Below, piece after piece: positions 1-12,211 of a DNA stretch of 64,000 nt (positions are counted from its first letter, which is position 1; each line of letters starts with the position of its first letter). The position numbers and the translations under genes are program-made. The notes below the pieces were generated by a model, which was given only the letters and a program-made list of their open reading frames with translations, did not search any database and was not told where the DNA came from. The DNA comes from Gemmatimonadota bacterium. GTDB taxonomy: Bacteria > Gemmatimonadota > Gemmatimonadetes > Longimicrobiales > Gaopeijiaceae. The DNA lies in the NCBI GenBank assembly GCA_034521595.1, contig JAXHMG010000003.1, positions 1,184,001-1,248,000 on the forward strand. Reading direction: 5' to 3'.

Positions 1-3074
<3,074 letters not shown>

Positions 3075-3078
<4 letters not shown>

Positions 3079-3635
3079 ACGTCAATCCGGTCCCCGTCGA
3101 CCGCGCCGCCGCCATCCGACTCGTGATCTTCGACGTGGACGGCGTGCTCACGGACGCGGGCGTCTACCTCGGTGCGTCACAACACGATGACCCCATCGAG
3201 CTCAAGCGGTTTGACATCCATGACGGCATCGGCATGAAGATGCTCGAGTGGGCGGGGATCGAAGTGGCCTGGGTTTCGGGACGGGTCTCGGCGGCCACGA
3301 CCATTCGGGCCCGGGAGTTGGGTATCGAGGAGTGCCACCAGGAGCCGGGCGCGTTCAAGCTCGGCGCCGTACGAGATCTCATGGAGCGCAAGGGGCTCGA
3401 GTGGAACGAGTTGGCCATGGTAGCGGACGACATACCCGACCTGGCGGTGTACGAACAGGTCGGGCTGCGGGCCGCCGTCGCCAACGCCACCGCGCCGGTC
3501 TCGAGCATCGCCCACTGGCGAGCGGAGCGGCGCGGCGGGCACGGAGCCGTCCGCGAGTTCTGCGACGCACTCCTGGAAGCGCGCGGGTGCCTCGGCGACG
3601 TGATCGCGACCTATGTCGCGGACCGGAAGCGCTGA
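3075..3635 (+). CDS. kdsC: KDO-8-phosphate phosphatase (HAD family)
   Basis: FDVDGVLTD, FDIHDGIG, GGHGAVREFCD; lies in the kds operon. Confidence 0.93.
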
Positions 3636-3637
3636 CG

Positions 3638-4606
3638 ATGAGGAGCGACGCTTCTCTCGTGGACGAAGGACGCCGGGTCCTCCTCACGGAGGCCGAGGCC
3701 GTGCGAGCGCTCGCGCCCCGCCTGGGCACGAGGTTCGTCGACGCATGCCGCATGGTCGCGGAAGCGCCGGGCCGAGTCGTTCTGAGCGGAATCGGCAAGA
3801 GTGGACACATCGCGCGCAAGATCGCGGGAACGCTCACGTCAACCGGCACTCCGGCCACGTTCATGCACGCGGTGGAAGCGCTGCACGGTGACCTCGGGAT
3901 CGTGGGGAGCGGTGACGTGGCGATCCTCGTCTCCCGATCGGGGCGAGGCTCGGAGATCGGTGGGCTCATCGGATATCTCGGACGCCTGGGCACCCCCATC
4001 ATCGGGCTGACCGGCGATGCGGACGGCGACCTGGCACGCAACGCCGACGTCGTTCTGGATTGTGCGGTGGATCGGGAAGCGTGCCCCATGGATCTCACCC
4101 CCACGTCCTCGACCACGGCTGCCCTCGCCATGGGCGACGCGTTGGCCATGGTCGTGCTGCAGTTGAAGGGTTTCGAGTCGGACGACTTCGCCGCGCTCCA
4201 TCCCGGCGGAGCCCTGGGCCTCAAGCTCACCGTGCGGGTCTCCGATATCATGATCGGGGTAGGCTATCCCTGGCTCCCGGACGACGCGACGATGCGTGAC
4301 GCGATCGTTCCCCTCGCCGAGATGCGGGGCACGGTGCCGATCGTCGACGGCGACCACCGCCTCGTCGGAATCGTCACGACCGGTGACCTCACACGGCTCA
4401 TGGAACGCGATGACACCTTCCTGCAACGCAGCGTCGCGCAGGTCATGACGCGCACGCCCAAGACCGCCGCTCCCGACGAGCTGGGCGCGGTCGCGATCCG
4501 CCGGATGGAAGACCACGGGATCATGGCTCTTCCGGTCGTTACCGACGGGCATGATTTGGTGGGCGTCGTGCACCTTCACGATCTGATGCGTTCGGGGGCG
4601 GTATGA
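3638..4606 (+). CDS. kdsD: Arabinose-5-phosphate isomerase (KpsF/GutQ, SIS + CBS domains)
   Basis: GIGKSGHIARKIAGTLTSTGTP, EALHGDLG, PTSSTTAALAMGDALA, LHPGGALG. Start set at ATG 3638, just after the kdsC stop. Confidence 0.95.
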   Translation: MRSDASLVDEGRRVLLTEAEAVRALAPRLGTRFVDACRMVAEAPGRVVLSGIGKSGHIARKIAGTLTSTGTPATFMHAVEALHGDLGIVGSGDVAILVSRSGRGSEIGGLIGYLGRLGTPIIGLTGDADGDLARNADVVLDCAVDREACPMDLTPTSSTTAALAMGDALAMVVLQLKGFESDDFAALHPGGALGLKLTVRVSDIMIGVGYPWLPDDATMRDAIVPLAEMRGTVPIVDGDHRLVGIVTTGDLTRLMERDDTFLQRSVAQVMTRTPKTAAPDELGAVAIRRMEDHGIMALPVVTDGHDLVGVVHLHDLMRSGAV

Positions 4607-5178
4607 TCGCCGGACACGTCGCCCGTCTCGCTAGCCCGGTGCGGCTGTTGGGAGCACCGATGCTCTCGTTGGCGCTCGTCCTGTCGGCATGCACGGACAC
4701 CACCGAGGCTCCGGTGGCGGACAGCGAGATCCTGAACCTGGAGGCCGACAACGTCATCTACGGCATGTCGAGCTACCTCACCGTGGAAGGTGTCCGAGAG
4801 GGTCACGTGGAGGCGGACACGGCATACATGTACGTGGACTCGGCGCATGTGGACCTGCGCGGCATGACGATCGTTTTCCACGATGACAACGGCCGGCCCC
4901 GTGCCACGGTGACCGGACGCACGGGCGACTGGGACCAGAACCGCGACATCATGATCGCGCGCGGCGACGTGCTCCTCGTCATCCACGGCGACGATCGGGA
5001 GATCCGAACGGAGGAGCTCCACTACGACGCCTACCGCGAGCGGATCTGGAGCGATTCCACGACGACCCAGACGCTCGCGGACGGAACGGTCACACGGGGA
5101 TCCGCCTTCGAGTCCGATCTCGAATTCGAAGATGTCCGCATCGAGAACATCCGAGGTGGTGGCCGTGAAGCGCCTTGA
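4603..5178 (+). CDS. lptC: LPS export ABC transporter periplasmic protein LptC (lipoprotein-type)
   Basis: Lipobox VLSAC; beta-jellyroll pattern (ADTAYMY, GDVLLVI, RTEELHYD); sits between kdsD and lptA/lptB. Confidence 0.8.
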   Translation: MIAGHVARLASPVRLLGAPMLSLALVLSACTDTTEAPVADSEILNLEADNVIYGMSSYLTVEGVREGHVEADTAYMYVDSAHVDLRGMTIVFHDDNGRPRATVTGRTGDWDQNRDIMIARGDVLLVIHGDDREIRTEELHYDAYRERIWSDSTTTQTLADGTVTRGSAFESDLEFEDVRIENIRGGGREAP

Positions 5179-6652
5179 GTGGGCGCGGCGAAGAGCCGCG
5201 GAGGCCGTCGGGCACTCACTCTCGCTGCTGTTGCTGTGCCTGCTCACCCTCGCGACACCGAGCGCCGGGACGGCCCAGGAAGGGTGTGAATTCGGGCCCG
5301 AGGGCAACGACGTGCTCCGGCAGGTCACGCTCACGGGAGGCGACGCGATCTTCTACGTGACGCGCCCGCACCTCGTCTGTGAGGACGGCATACAGATATG
5401 GGCCGACTCCGCGGTCGCGTTCACGTCGTCCGACATGGCCCACCTGATCGGATCGGTCCGATACGAGGATCCCGCGCGCACGCTCCGTGCGGCCGAAGCG
5501 CGTTATTTCTCGGAAGTCGGTCGGCTCCAGGCCGAGGGTGAGCTCCGGGTGGAGGACCGCGACGAAGGCTCCGTGATCGAGCACGGCTCACTCGTCTACT
5601 TCCGGGAAACGTCCTTCCGGCGCGAAGAGTCGATGACGGTCACCGCGCGCCAGAACGAGCCGAGGCCCACGGCCACGGTGGTCGACGCGGGAAGCTCGGC
5701 GGAGCGGGACACCGAGCTCGTCGCGCCGGACTTCCCCTCCTTGGAACCCTCCACGGAGGACGATACCCGGCGCGTGTACGTGGTCACGGGTGACGAGATT
5801 CTCTCGCGGGGGGGCGGCTACCTGCGATCCATAGGCTCGGTCGAGCTCGTGTCCGACTCGATCCTCGCCTTCTCGGACACCCTCGAGTACGAGGAGGCCG
5901 AGAACCGTCTCGTGCTCCGGGGGAGCGCACGTGTCGACGCGCCCGACTACGACCTCCGGGGCGCGAGCATCGAGCTGCTCACGCCGGAGCCCGCGCACCG
6001 CGAGATCCGTGCGAGCCGGAACGCCGTGCTCACCGGCGAGGACCTCGAGCTCACCGCGGAGCGTATCTTCCTCTTCGCGAGACAGGACCGCTTGGAGCGT
6101 CTCGTGGCCCTCCCGCCCGTGAAGGAGGATACGGTCAGCAGCGGTCCGCCCGAGGGAGACTCGATCGACTCCGGTCCCGGTCGGCCGCGCGCCGTCTCGG
6201 ATGATCTCGAGATCACGGCGGATTCGCTCGAGATCCTCGCTCCGGGCGAAACGCTCGAGCGATTGTTCGCCGCCGGCCGTGCACGCAGCGTCTCTACCGC
6301 GAGGGATTCGCTGACCACCGAGCAGCTCCCGGAGGTTGCCCGAACCGACTGGCTGGAAGGCGACACGATCGTCGTGACGTTCGTTCCGGATACGACGAGT
6401 GAGGTCGACGGGGAACGCCGCACCCGGGTGGACCGCATCATCGCCTCGGTGTCGGCGCGTAGCCTCTACCGCTTGACGCCTTCGGACGCGAGCGCCGAGG
6501 CGGGCGTGGATCCTCCCGCGGTGCACTACGTCGTCGGAGACCGGATCACGATCGTCATGCGGGACGACGAAGTCGAACGGATGGAAGTCGAGGGCCAGAC
6601 GGTCGGGGTCCACCTCGAGCCCCTCCCCCGAGATCCGGATCCGGAACCATGA
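5165..6652 (+). CDS. Extended OstA/LptA-like beta-jellyroll protein
   Basis: Signal peptide and repeated ADS/AD-L-Y-type strands; occupies the lptA position between lptC and lptB. Start (GTG 5165) is approximate. Confidence 0.65.
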   Translation: MKRLEWARRRAAEAVGHSLSLLLLCLLTLATPSAGTAQEGCEFGPEGNDVLRQVTLTGGDAIFYVTRPHLVCEDGIQIWADSAVAFTSSDMAHLIGSVRYEDPARTLRAAEARYFSEVGRLQAEGELRVEDRDEGSVIEHGSLVYFRETSFRREESMTVTARQNEPRPTATVVDAGSSAERDTELVAPDFPSLEPSTEDDTRRVYVVTGDEILSRGGGYLRSIGSVELVSDSILAFSDTLEYEEAENRLVLRGSARVDAPDYDLRGASIELLTPEPAHREIRASRNAVLTGEDLELTAERIFLFARQDRLERLVALPPVKEDTVSSGPPEGDSIDSGPGRPRAVSDDLEITADSLEILAPGETLERLFAAGRARSVSTARDSLTTEQLPEVARTDWLEGDTIVVTFVPDTTSEVDGERRTRVDRIIASVSARSLYRLTPSDASAEAGVDPPAVHYVVGDRITIVMRDDEVERMEVEGQTVGVHLEPLPRDPDPEP

Positions 6653-7455
6653 GCGTGTCGCAGGCGGGGGATCACAGCCGGCTGGCCGGACACCACCTGA
6701 CGAAGACGTACCAGCGGCGCAACGTCGTGGACGACGTCGACATCGAAGTGTCACAGGCGGAGACCGTCGGTCTGCTGGGGCCGAACGGGGCGGGGAAGAC
6801 CACGACCTTTTATATCATGGTCGGCCTGATCCCGCCGGATGCCGGATCGGTCACGTTGGACGGCGAGACGCTCACGCGAACCCCTATGTACCTTCGCGCC
6901 CGGAAAGGCATCGGGTATCTCGCACAGGAACCGTCGGTCTTCCGGAAGCTCACCGTCGAAGAAAACGTGCTGGCCATCTTGCAGACCCTCGGTCTGCCGC
7001 GCGAGGAAGAGCGGCGGAGGCTGGAGGGGCTTCTCCGCGAGCTCGGCCTCGAGGGCCTCCGCAAGAACAAGGCGTACGCCCTCTCCGGCGGTGAGCGTCG
7101 CCGGCTCGAGATCACCCGCGCGTTGGTGCAACGCCCCAAGTTCATGCTCCTCGACGAGCCGTTCGCCGGCATCGACCCCATCGCGGTCAACGACATCCAG
7201 GAGATCGTGCGTGGCCTTCGAGAGCGGGGGATCGGCGTCATCATCTCCGACCACAACGTCGAGCAGACCCTGGATATCGTCGACCGGGCGTACATCATGT
7301 ACGAGGGGCGCATCCACGTGAGCGGAAACGTGTCCGAGCTGGTCTGGAACGACGAAGTCGCGCAGATCTATCTCGGCCCCGCGCTCACCGCACGCATGCG
7401 TGGACGGTACGAGCGTCCCCCCGTCACCGTGAGCGAAACGGGTCCGTCCCGATGA
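6649..7455 (+). CDS. lptB: LPS export ABC transporter ATP-binding protein
   Basis: [57 protein letters not shown]. Confidence 0.97.
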   Translation: MSVSQAGDHSRLAGHHLTKTYQRRNVVDDVDIEVSQAETVGLLGPNGAGKTTTFYIMVGLIPPDAGSVTLDGETLTRTPMYLRARKGIGYLAQEPSVFRKLTVEENVLAILQTLGLPREEERRRLEGLLRELGLEGLRKNKAYALSGGERRRLEITRALVQRPKFMLLDEPFAGIDPIAVNDIQEIVRGLRERGIGVIISDHNVEQTLDIVDRAYIMYEGRIHVSGNVSELVWNDEVAQIYLGPALTARMRGRYERPPVTVSETGPSR

Positions 7456-8963
7456 GCCAACTCAATACGAAGCTGTACCAGAGCACGCAGCTCAAGCAGG
7501 AGATGCGGATCAACCCTCGCCTGTACCAGGCGATGGAGTTGCTCTACATGCCGCTGCTCGACCTCCAACAGCACTTGAAGCAGGAGCTGACGGAGAACCC
7601 CTTCCTCGAGATGAGCGAAGGAGATATCGAGCAGGAGGTCGAGCTCAAGGAAGATACGACGGACGACCCGCTCGGGGACGACGAGGTCGACTGGGAGGAG
7701 ATCCTGCTCGACGGCTTCGACGTGGGTGGCCGCAAGGCGCAATACGAGCACAAGGAGTACATCGAGCCCACGCCCGTCGAGACGCCGGACCTCCAAGACT
7801 ACCTCGACGAGCAGCTCCGCATGCTTCCGCTGTCCGAGCGCGACCTCCGGATGGGAGAGGAGATCATCGGGAACACCGACGAAACGGGCATGTTCGTATC
7901 GTCGCTCGATGAAGTCGTGCGTGGCGCCAATGAATGGCTCGACGACGTGCGGCCGGTGGCCGTGGCCAAGGCCCGGGAGATCGAAGACGAAGAAGAGCGC
8001 GCACTCGAGCTCCGGGAAATCGAGGAGATGTTTCGACCTTACGAGGTCGAAGAAGCCGAGCACATGCTCGAGGTCGTCCAGGGGATGGATCCGCCCGGCG
8101 TAGGTGCACGGGACATCCAGGAGTGCATTCTGCTCCAACTCCGGGAGGCCGACGATCCCGAGGAATCTCTCGCGCGCACGATCGTGGAGCATTATTTCGA
8201 CGCACTCGTCAACCACCGGTGGAATGACATCGCGAAGGAGCTGGACCTGACGGCGATGGAGGTCCAGAACGCGGCCGACCGGATCAGCTCTTTGGATCCC
8301 AAGCCCGGTCTCAAGTACTCTCCCGACCCCGACGAATACGTCATCCCCGACCTGATCGTGGAGAAGATCGACGGGGACTACATGGTCTTCGCCAACGACA
8401 CGAGCTTGCCCCGGTTGCGCATCTCACAGTCCTACCGGGACGTGGCTCGGGACAAGAGCAAGTTCACCGGCGAGAGCAAAGACTTCATCGCGTCCAAGCT
8501 CAACTCGGCCAACTGGATGATCCAGGCCATCGAGCAGCGGCGCCAAACCATGCTGAAGGTGATGAACTTCATCGTGGACCGGCAGCGCGACTTCTTCGAG
8601 CGCGGCGTCCAGCATCTGCGGCCGCTCACCCTACGAGAGGTCGCCGACTACATCGAGATGCACGAATCGACCGTCTCTCGTGTGACGAACAAGAAGTTCG
8701 TTCAGACCCCACGCGGCGTGTACCCGCTCAAGTACTTCTTCTCGAGCGGGCTCTCCACGATGAGCGGCGACGACATCTCGGCGCGCGGCGTGAAGGACAT
8801 GATCAAGGGCATGGTGATGGAGGAAGACCCGAAGAAGCCCCTCACGGACCAAGCGATCGTGACCCGGCTCAAGAACGAGGGCGTGAAGATCGCCCGCCGA
8901 ACCGTGGCGAAATACCGAGACCAGCTCGGGATCATGCCGGCCCGTATGAGAAAGCGTGTCTGA
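7452..8963 (+). CDS. rpoN: RNA polymerase sigma-54 factor
   Basis: [27 protein letters not shown], RpoN box ARRTVAKYR. Confidence 0.98.
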   Translation: MSQLNTKLYQSTQLKQEMRINPRLYQAMELLYMPLLDLQQHLKQELTENPFLEMSEGDIEQEVELKEDTTDDPLGDDEVDWEEILLDGFDVGGRKAQYEHKEYIEPTPVETPDLQDYLDEQLRMLPLSERDLRMGEEIIGNTDETGMFVSSLDEVVRGANEWLDDVRPVAVAKAREIEDEEERALELREIEEMFRPYEVEEAEHMLEVVQGMDPPGVGARDIQECILLQLREADDPEESLARTIVEHYFDALVNHRWNDIAKELDLTAMEVQNAADRISSLDPKPGLKYSPDPDEYVIPDLIVEKIDGDYMVFANDTSLPRLRISQSYRDVARDKSKFTGESKDFIASKLNSANWMIQAIEQRRQTMLKVMNFIVDRQRDFFERGVQHLRPLTLREVADYIEMHESTVSRVTNKKFVQTPRGVYPLKYFFSSGLSTMSGDDISARGVKDMIKGMVMEEDPKKPLTDQAIVTRLKNEGVKIARRTVAKYRDQLGIMPARMRKRV

Positions 8964-9918
8964 ACTCGGCCAAGCGATGCGTCGCGACTTCGCCGTCGTC
9001 GTGCCGGCGTTCAACGAAGCCCCGGTCGTAGGGGACCTCATCCGCGAGCTGCGAGAGACGTTCGACCGCTGCGGGCTCGAGGGAGAGGTCCTGTTCGTGG
9101 ACGACGGCTCGACGGACGGCACGGCGTCGATCGCCGAACGGGAAGGTGCCGGTTGGGACGGCTTCCGGGTTCTCCGGCATGGAACGAATCTGGGAAAGAC
9201 GGAAGCGTTACAGACGGCCTCGGCCGCGACCGACCGCAGCTACCTGGTCCTCTTCGACGCCGACCTTCAGCATCTCCCGGACGAGATTCCCCGGTTCCTG
9301 AAGAAGCTCGAGGAAGGGTGGGACATCGTGACGGGGCGCAAAGTCGGCCATTACGACAAGAGAGCGGTCTCGTCGATCTACAACCGCCTGTCCCGCAGGA
9401 TCTTCCGGGTACCGGTATCCGACCTCAACTCGATGAAGGGATTCCGGCGGGACATCCTCGAGGGCATCCAGCTTCGTCACGATTGGCACCGTTTTTTCGT
9501 TGTCCTCGCGCACGCGCGCGGGGCCTCCATTACCGAGATCGACATCGATCTCCATCCGAGGCGAGCGGGAACGTCGAAGTTCCAGAGCCCACTCCGGATT
9601 CTCGTCGGCATCTTCGACCTGGTCTCGGTCTGGTTTCTCCTTCTGTTCTCCAGGAAGCCGCTCCTGTTGTTCGGTGGCACGGGCCTCGCGCTCGCGGTCC
9701 TCGGCATCGTGGTCGCCGTCGTCACGACCTATCTCCGCTTCGTTCATCCCATGCTCGGATTCGAACCGTACATTCCGCCGATGGGGTACCGGCCGCTTCT
9801 CTACCTCGTCATGCTGCTGGAGACGGTCGGGTTCGTGCTGGTCGGCTTCGGTCTCGTCTCCGAGCAGGTGGCTCAGGTGCGCGACGAGCTCGAGGCCATT
9901 CGCAGGCAGGACCGGTGA
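8956..9918 (+). CDS. GT2 glycosyltransferase, ArnC/GtrB-like with C-terminal TM helices
   Basis: VVPAFNE, VDDGSTDGT, DADLQH, two C-terminal hydrophobic helices. Confidence 0.88.
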   Translation: MSELGQAMRRDFAVVVPAFNEAPVVGDLIRELRETFDRCGLEGEVLFVDDGSTDGTASIAEREGAGWDGFRVLRHGTNLGKTEALQTASAATDRSYLVLFDADLQHLPDEIPRFLKKLEEGWDIVTGRKVGHYDKRAVSSIYNRLSRRIFRVPVSDLNSMKGFRRDILEGIQLRHDWHRFFVVLAHARGASITEIDIDLHPRRAGTSKFQSPLRILVGIFDLVSVWFLLLFSRKPLLLFGGTGLALAVLGIVVAVVTTYLRFVHPMLGFEPYIPPMGYRPLLYLVMLLETVGFVLVGFGLVSEQVAQVRDELEAIRRQDR

Positions 9919-11078
9919 CGCCGTCCTCCCGGGCGAAGGTCCTCGTCGTCGTGGGCACGCGCCCCGAAGCCATCAAGATGGCCCCGGTCGTGAACGCACT
10001 CGGGAACGAGTCGGACGTCGACGTGCGCGTGGCGCTCACGGGGCAACACGGAGACCTGGTGGACCAGGCCCTACGCGCGTTCGGAACGGTGCCCGACTAT
10101 GATCTCGAAATCATGAAGCCGGACCAGAGCCTGTATGACGTCGTGCACGGCGTGTTGGACGGATTGCGCGAGGTCGTGCGGTCGTACGAGCCCGACCTCC
10201 TGCTCGTTCAGGGCGATACGGCGACGGTGTTCACCGCGTCGCTCGTCGGGTTCTTCGAGCACGTCCGCGTCGGCCATGTCGAAGCCGGTCTCCGGAGCGG
10301 GCGGGACCGGACCAAGCCTTTTCCCGAAGAGATGTTCCGGCGCCTGACGGACGTGGTCGCCGATCTCTACTTCGCACCGACCTCTCGGGCCCGGGACGCC
10401 CTCCTGGCCGAAGACGTGCCGGCCGAGCGCGTCTTCGTCACCGGCAACACCGTGGTCGACGCCCTCCAAGCGGCGGCGGCCCAGCGCCGTCCCGTGAGCG
10501 ACCCGGACCTGAAGACGGTCGTGGACGATCCGACCGCTCAGCTCATCCTGCTCACCGTGCACCGGCGGGAGTCGTTCGGCGAGCCGATCCGCGGCGTCTT
10601 TCAGGCCGTGCGGGCACTCGCCGACCTGGCGGCCAACGCCCGTATCGTCTACCCCGTGCACCCGAACCCGAACGTGTCCGCGCCGGCACGAGAGCTTCTC
10701 TCGGGCCATCCCCGCATCGCCTTGACGCCACCGCTCGACTACTTCGACCTCGTGGCGGCCCTACAGCGGGCCGACCTCGTCCTCACGGATTCCGGGGGCA
10801 TCCAGGAAGAGGCCCCGACGTTCGGAGCCCCCGTGCTCGTGCTCCGCGACCGTACCGAACGGCCGGAGGGCGTGGAAGCCGGAGCCGCGGAGATCGTCGG
10901 AACCGACCGAAGCCTCATCCTCTCGCGCAGCCGGAGCCTGCTGCGTGGGCAACGCGAACGCGAGGGGACGGGTGTGCGTCAACCATATGGAGACGGACAC
11001 GCGGCAGCACGGATCGCCGACATCGTCGCCGCCGAGCTCACGGGCCGTCCGCGGACGACGACCGACTGGACACCGTGA
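9915..11078 (+). CDS. wecB: UDP-N-acetylglucosamine 2-epimerase (non-hydrolysing)
   Basis: GTRPEAIKMAP, TGQH, VQGDT, HVEAGLRS, TDSGGIQEEAP, ERPEG. GTG start overlaps the upstream TGA. Confidence 0.95.
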   Translation: MTPSSRAKVLVVVGTRPEAIKMAPVVNALGNESDVDVRVALTGQHGDLVDQALRAFGTVPDYDLEIMKPDQSLYDVVHGVLDGLREVVRSYEPDLLLVQGDTATVFTASLVGFFEHVRVGHVEAGLRSGRDRTKPFPEEMFRRLTDVVADLYFAPTSRARDALLAEDVPAERVFVTGNTVVDALQAAAAQRRPVSDPDLKTVVDDPTAQLILLTVHRRESFGEPIRGVFQAVRALADLAANARIVYPVHPNPNVSAPARELLSGHPRIALTPPLDYFDLVAALQRADLVLTDSGGIQEEAPTFGAPVLVLRDRTERPEGVEAGAAEIVGTDRSLILSRSRSLLRGQREREGTGVRQPYGDGHAAARIADIVAAELTGRPRTTTDWTP

Positions 11079-12211
11079 ACATCCTCATGCACAGCGTCTA
11101 CTTCCCCCCGGAAGTAGGAGGGCTCGAGAGCCACGTGTTCCACCTGTGCAAGGGACTGGCGGCCCGTGGCCACCGGGTCGACGTGGTCACCTCCAAGTCC
11201 CGACCCGAGCTCCCGGAGCGTGAGAACGTCGCGAACGTGCACGTCTGGAGGACGCCGCTTCCGGCCCGCAACACCCCGGGCTGGGCCCTTCACGCGCTCG
11301 GATCCATGCCACGCTTCGGCACGCTGGCCCGCGCCGCGCACGTGCTGCATGCGCAGGACATCGCCGCCGTGCTTCCGTGCATGGTGGCTCGCCGGGCCCT
11401 CGGGAAGGTGCCGTTCGTGACGACGTACCACACGAGCCATTTTCTCCGCCGTGCGGAAAGCCCGTTCTGGCGACCCGTCTTCCGGCGCTTCATCGACGCG
11501 GCCGACCACAACCTCGCCGCCAGCGAAGAGATCGCCGATGTGGTCCGTTCGATCTCACCCGGAAGCTCGACCGAGGCGTTGACCAACGGCGTCGATACGG
11601 AGCTGTTCCGCCGGACCGACGCGACGCTTCGGACACCGGCCGCGGGACGCCGGCGACTGCTCGTGCCGCGCCGGCTCTTCCCGAAGAACGGGGTGGAGTA
11701 CCTGGTCAGAGCCATGCCGGCCATCGTCGAGCGGGTGGACGTCGAAGCCGTCCTCATCGGGGACGGCCCGGAGCGCAGCCGCCTGGAAGCGCTCGCTCAC
11801 GAGCTCGGCGTCGCCGACCGGGTGGTTTTCGTGGGCTCCCATCGACACGACGAGATGCCGGGACTTCTGTCCAGTGGTGACCTGGCGGTCTTTCCGTCCC
11901 TCATGGAAGCGACATCCGTCGCCGCGCTGGAAGCGATGGCGTGTGAGGTTCCCGTCGCGGCCTCCCGAGTGGGTGGCCTCCCCGAAATCGTCGATAGCGC
12001 GGTGGGCTCCCTCTTCGAGCCCGGTGACCCGGACAGCCTCGCTCGGACGGTGGTGGATCTCCTCGAAGGAGGACAGCTTAGGTCCCTGGGACGAACGGCT
12101 CGAGGACGCGTCGTGGAGCGGTGGAGCAACGAGCGGTTGGTGGACCGACACCTGCAGGTCTACGAGGACGTGATCGCCCGAAGCGAAAGCAGAGGAGACA
12201 TTCGTGGCTGA
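11075..12211 (+). CDS. GT4 family glycosyltransferase
   Basis: FPPEVGGLE, NGVDTELF, GDGPER, LEAMACEVPVAASRVGGLPE. Confidence 0.9.
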   Translation: MNILMHSVYFPPEVGGLESHVFHLCKGLAARGHRVDVVTSKSRPELPERENVANVHVWRTPLPARNTPGWALHALGSMPRFGTLARAAHVLHAQDIAAVLPCMVARRALGKVPFVTTYHTSHFLRRAESPFWRPVFRRFIDAADHNLAASEEIADVVRSISPGSSTEALTNGVDTELFRRTDATLRTPAAGRRRLLVPRRLFPKNGVEYLVRAMPAIVERVDVEAVLIGDGPERSRLEALAHELGVADRVVFVGSHRHDEMPGLLSSGDLAVFPSLMEATSVAALEAMACEVPVAASRVGGLPEIVDSAVGSLFEPGDPDSLARTVVDLLEGGQLRSLGRTARGRVVERWSNERLVDRHLQVYEDVIARSESRGDIRG

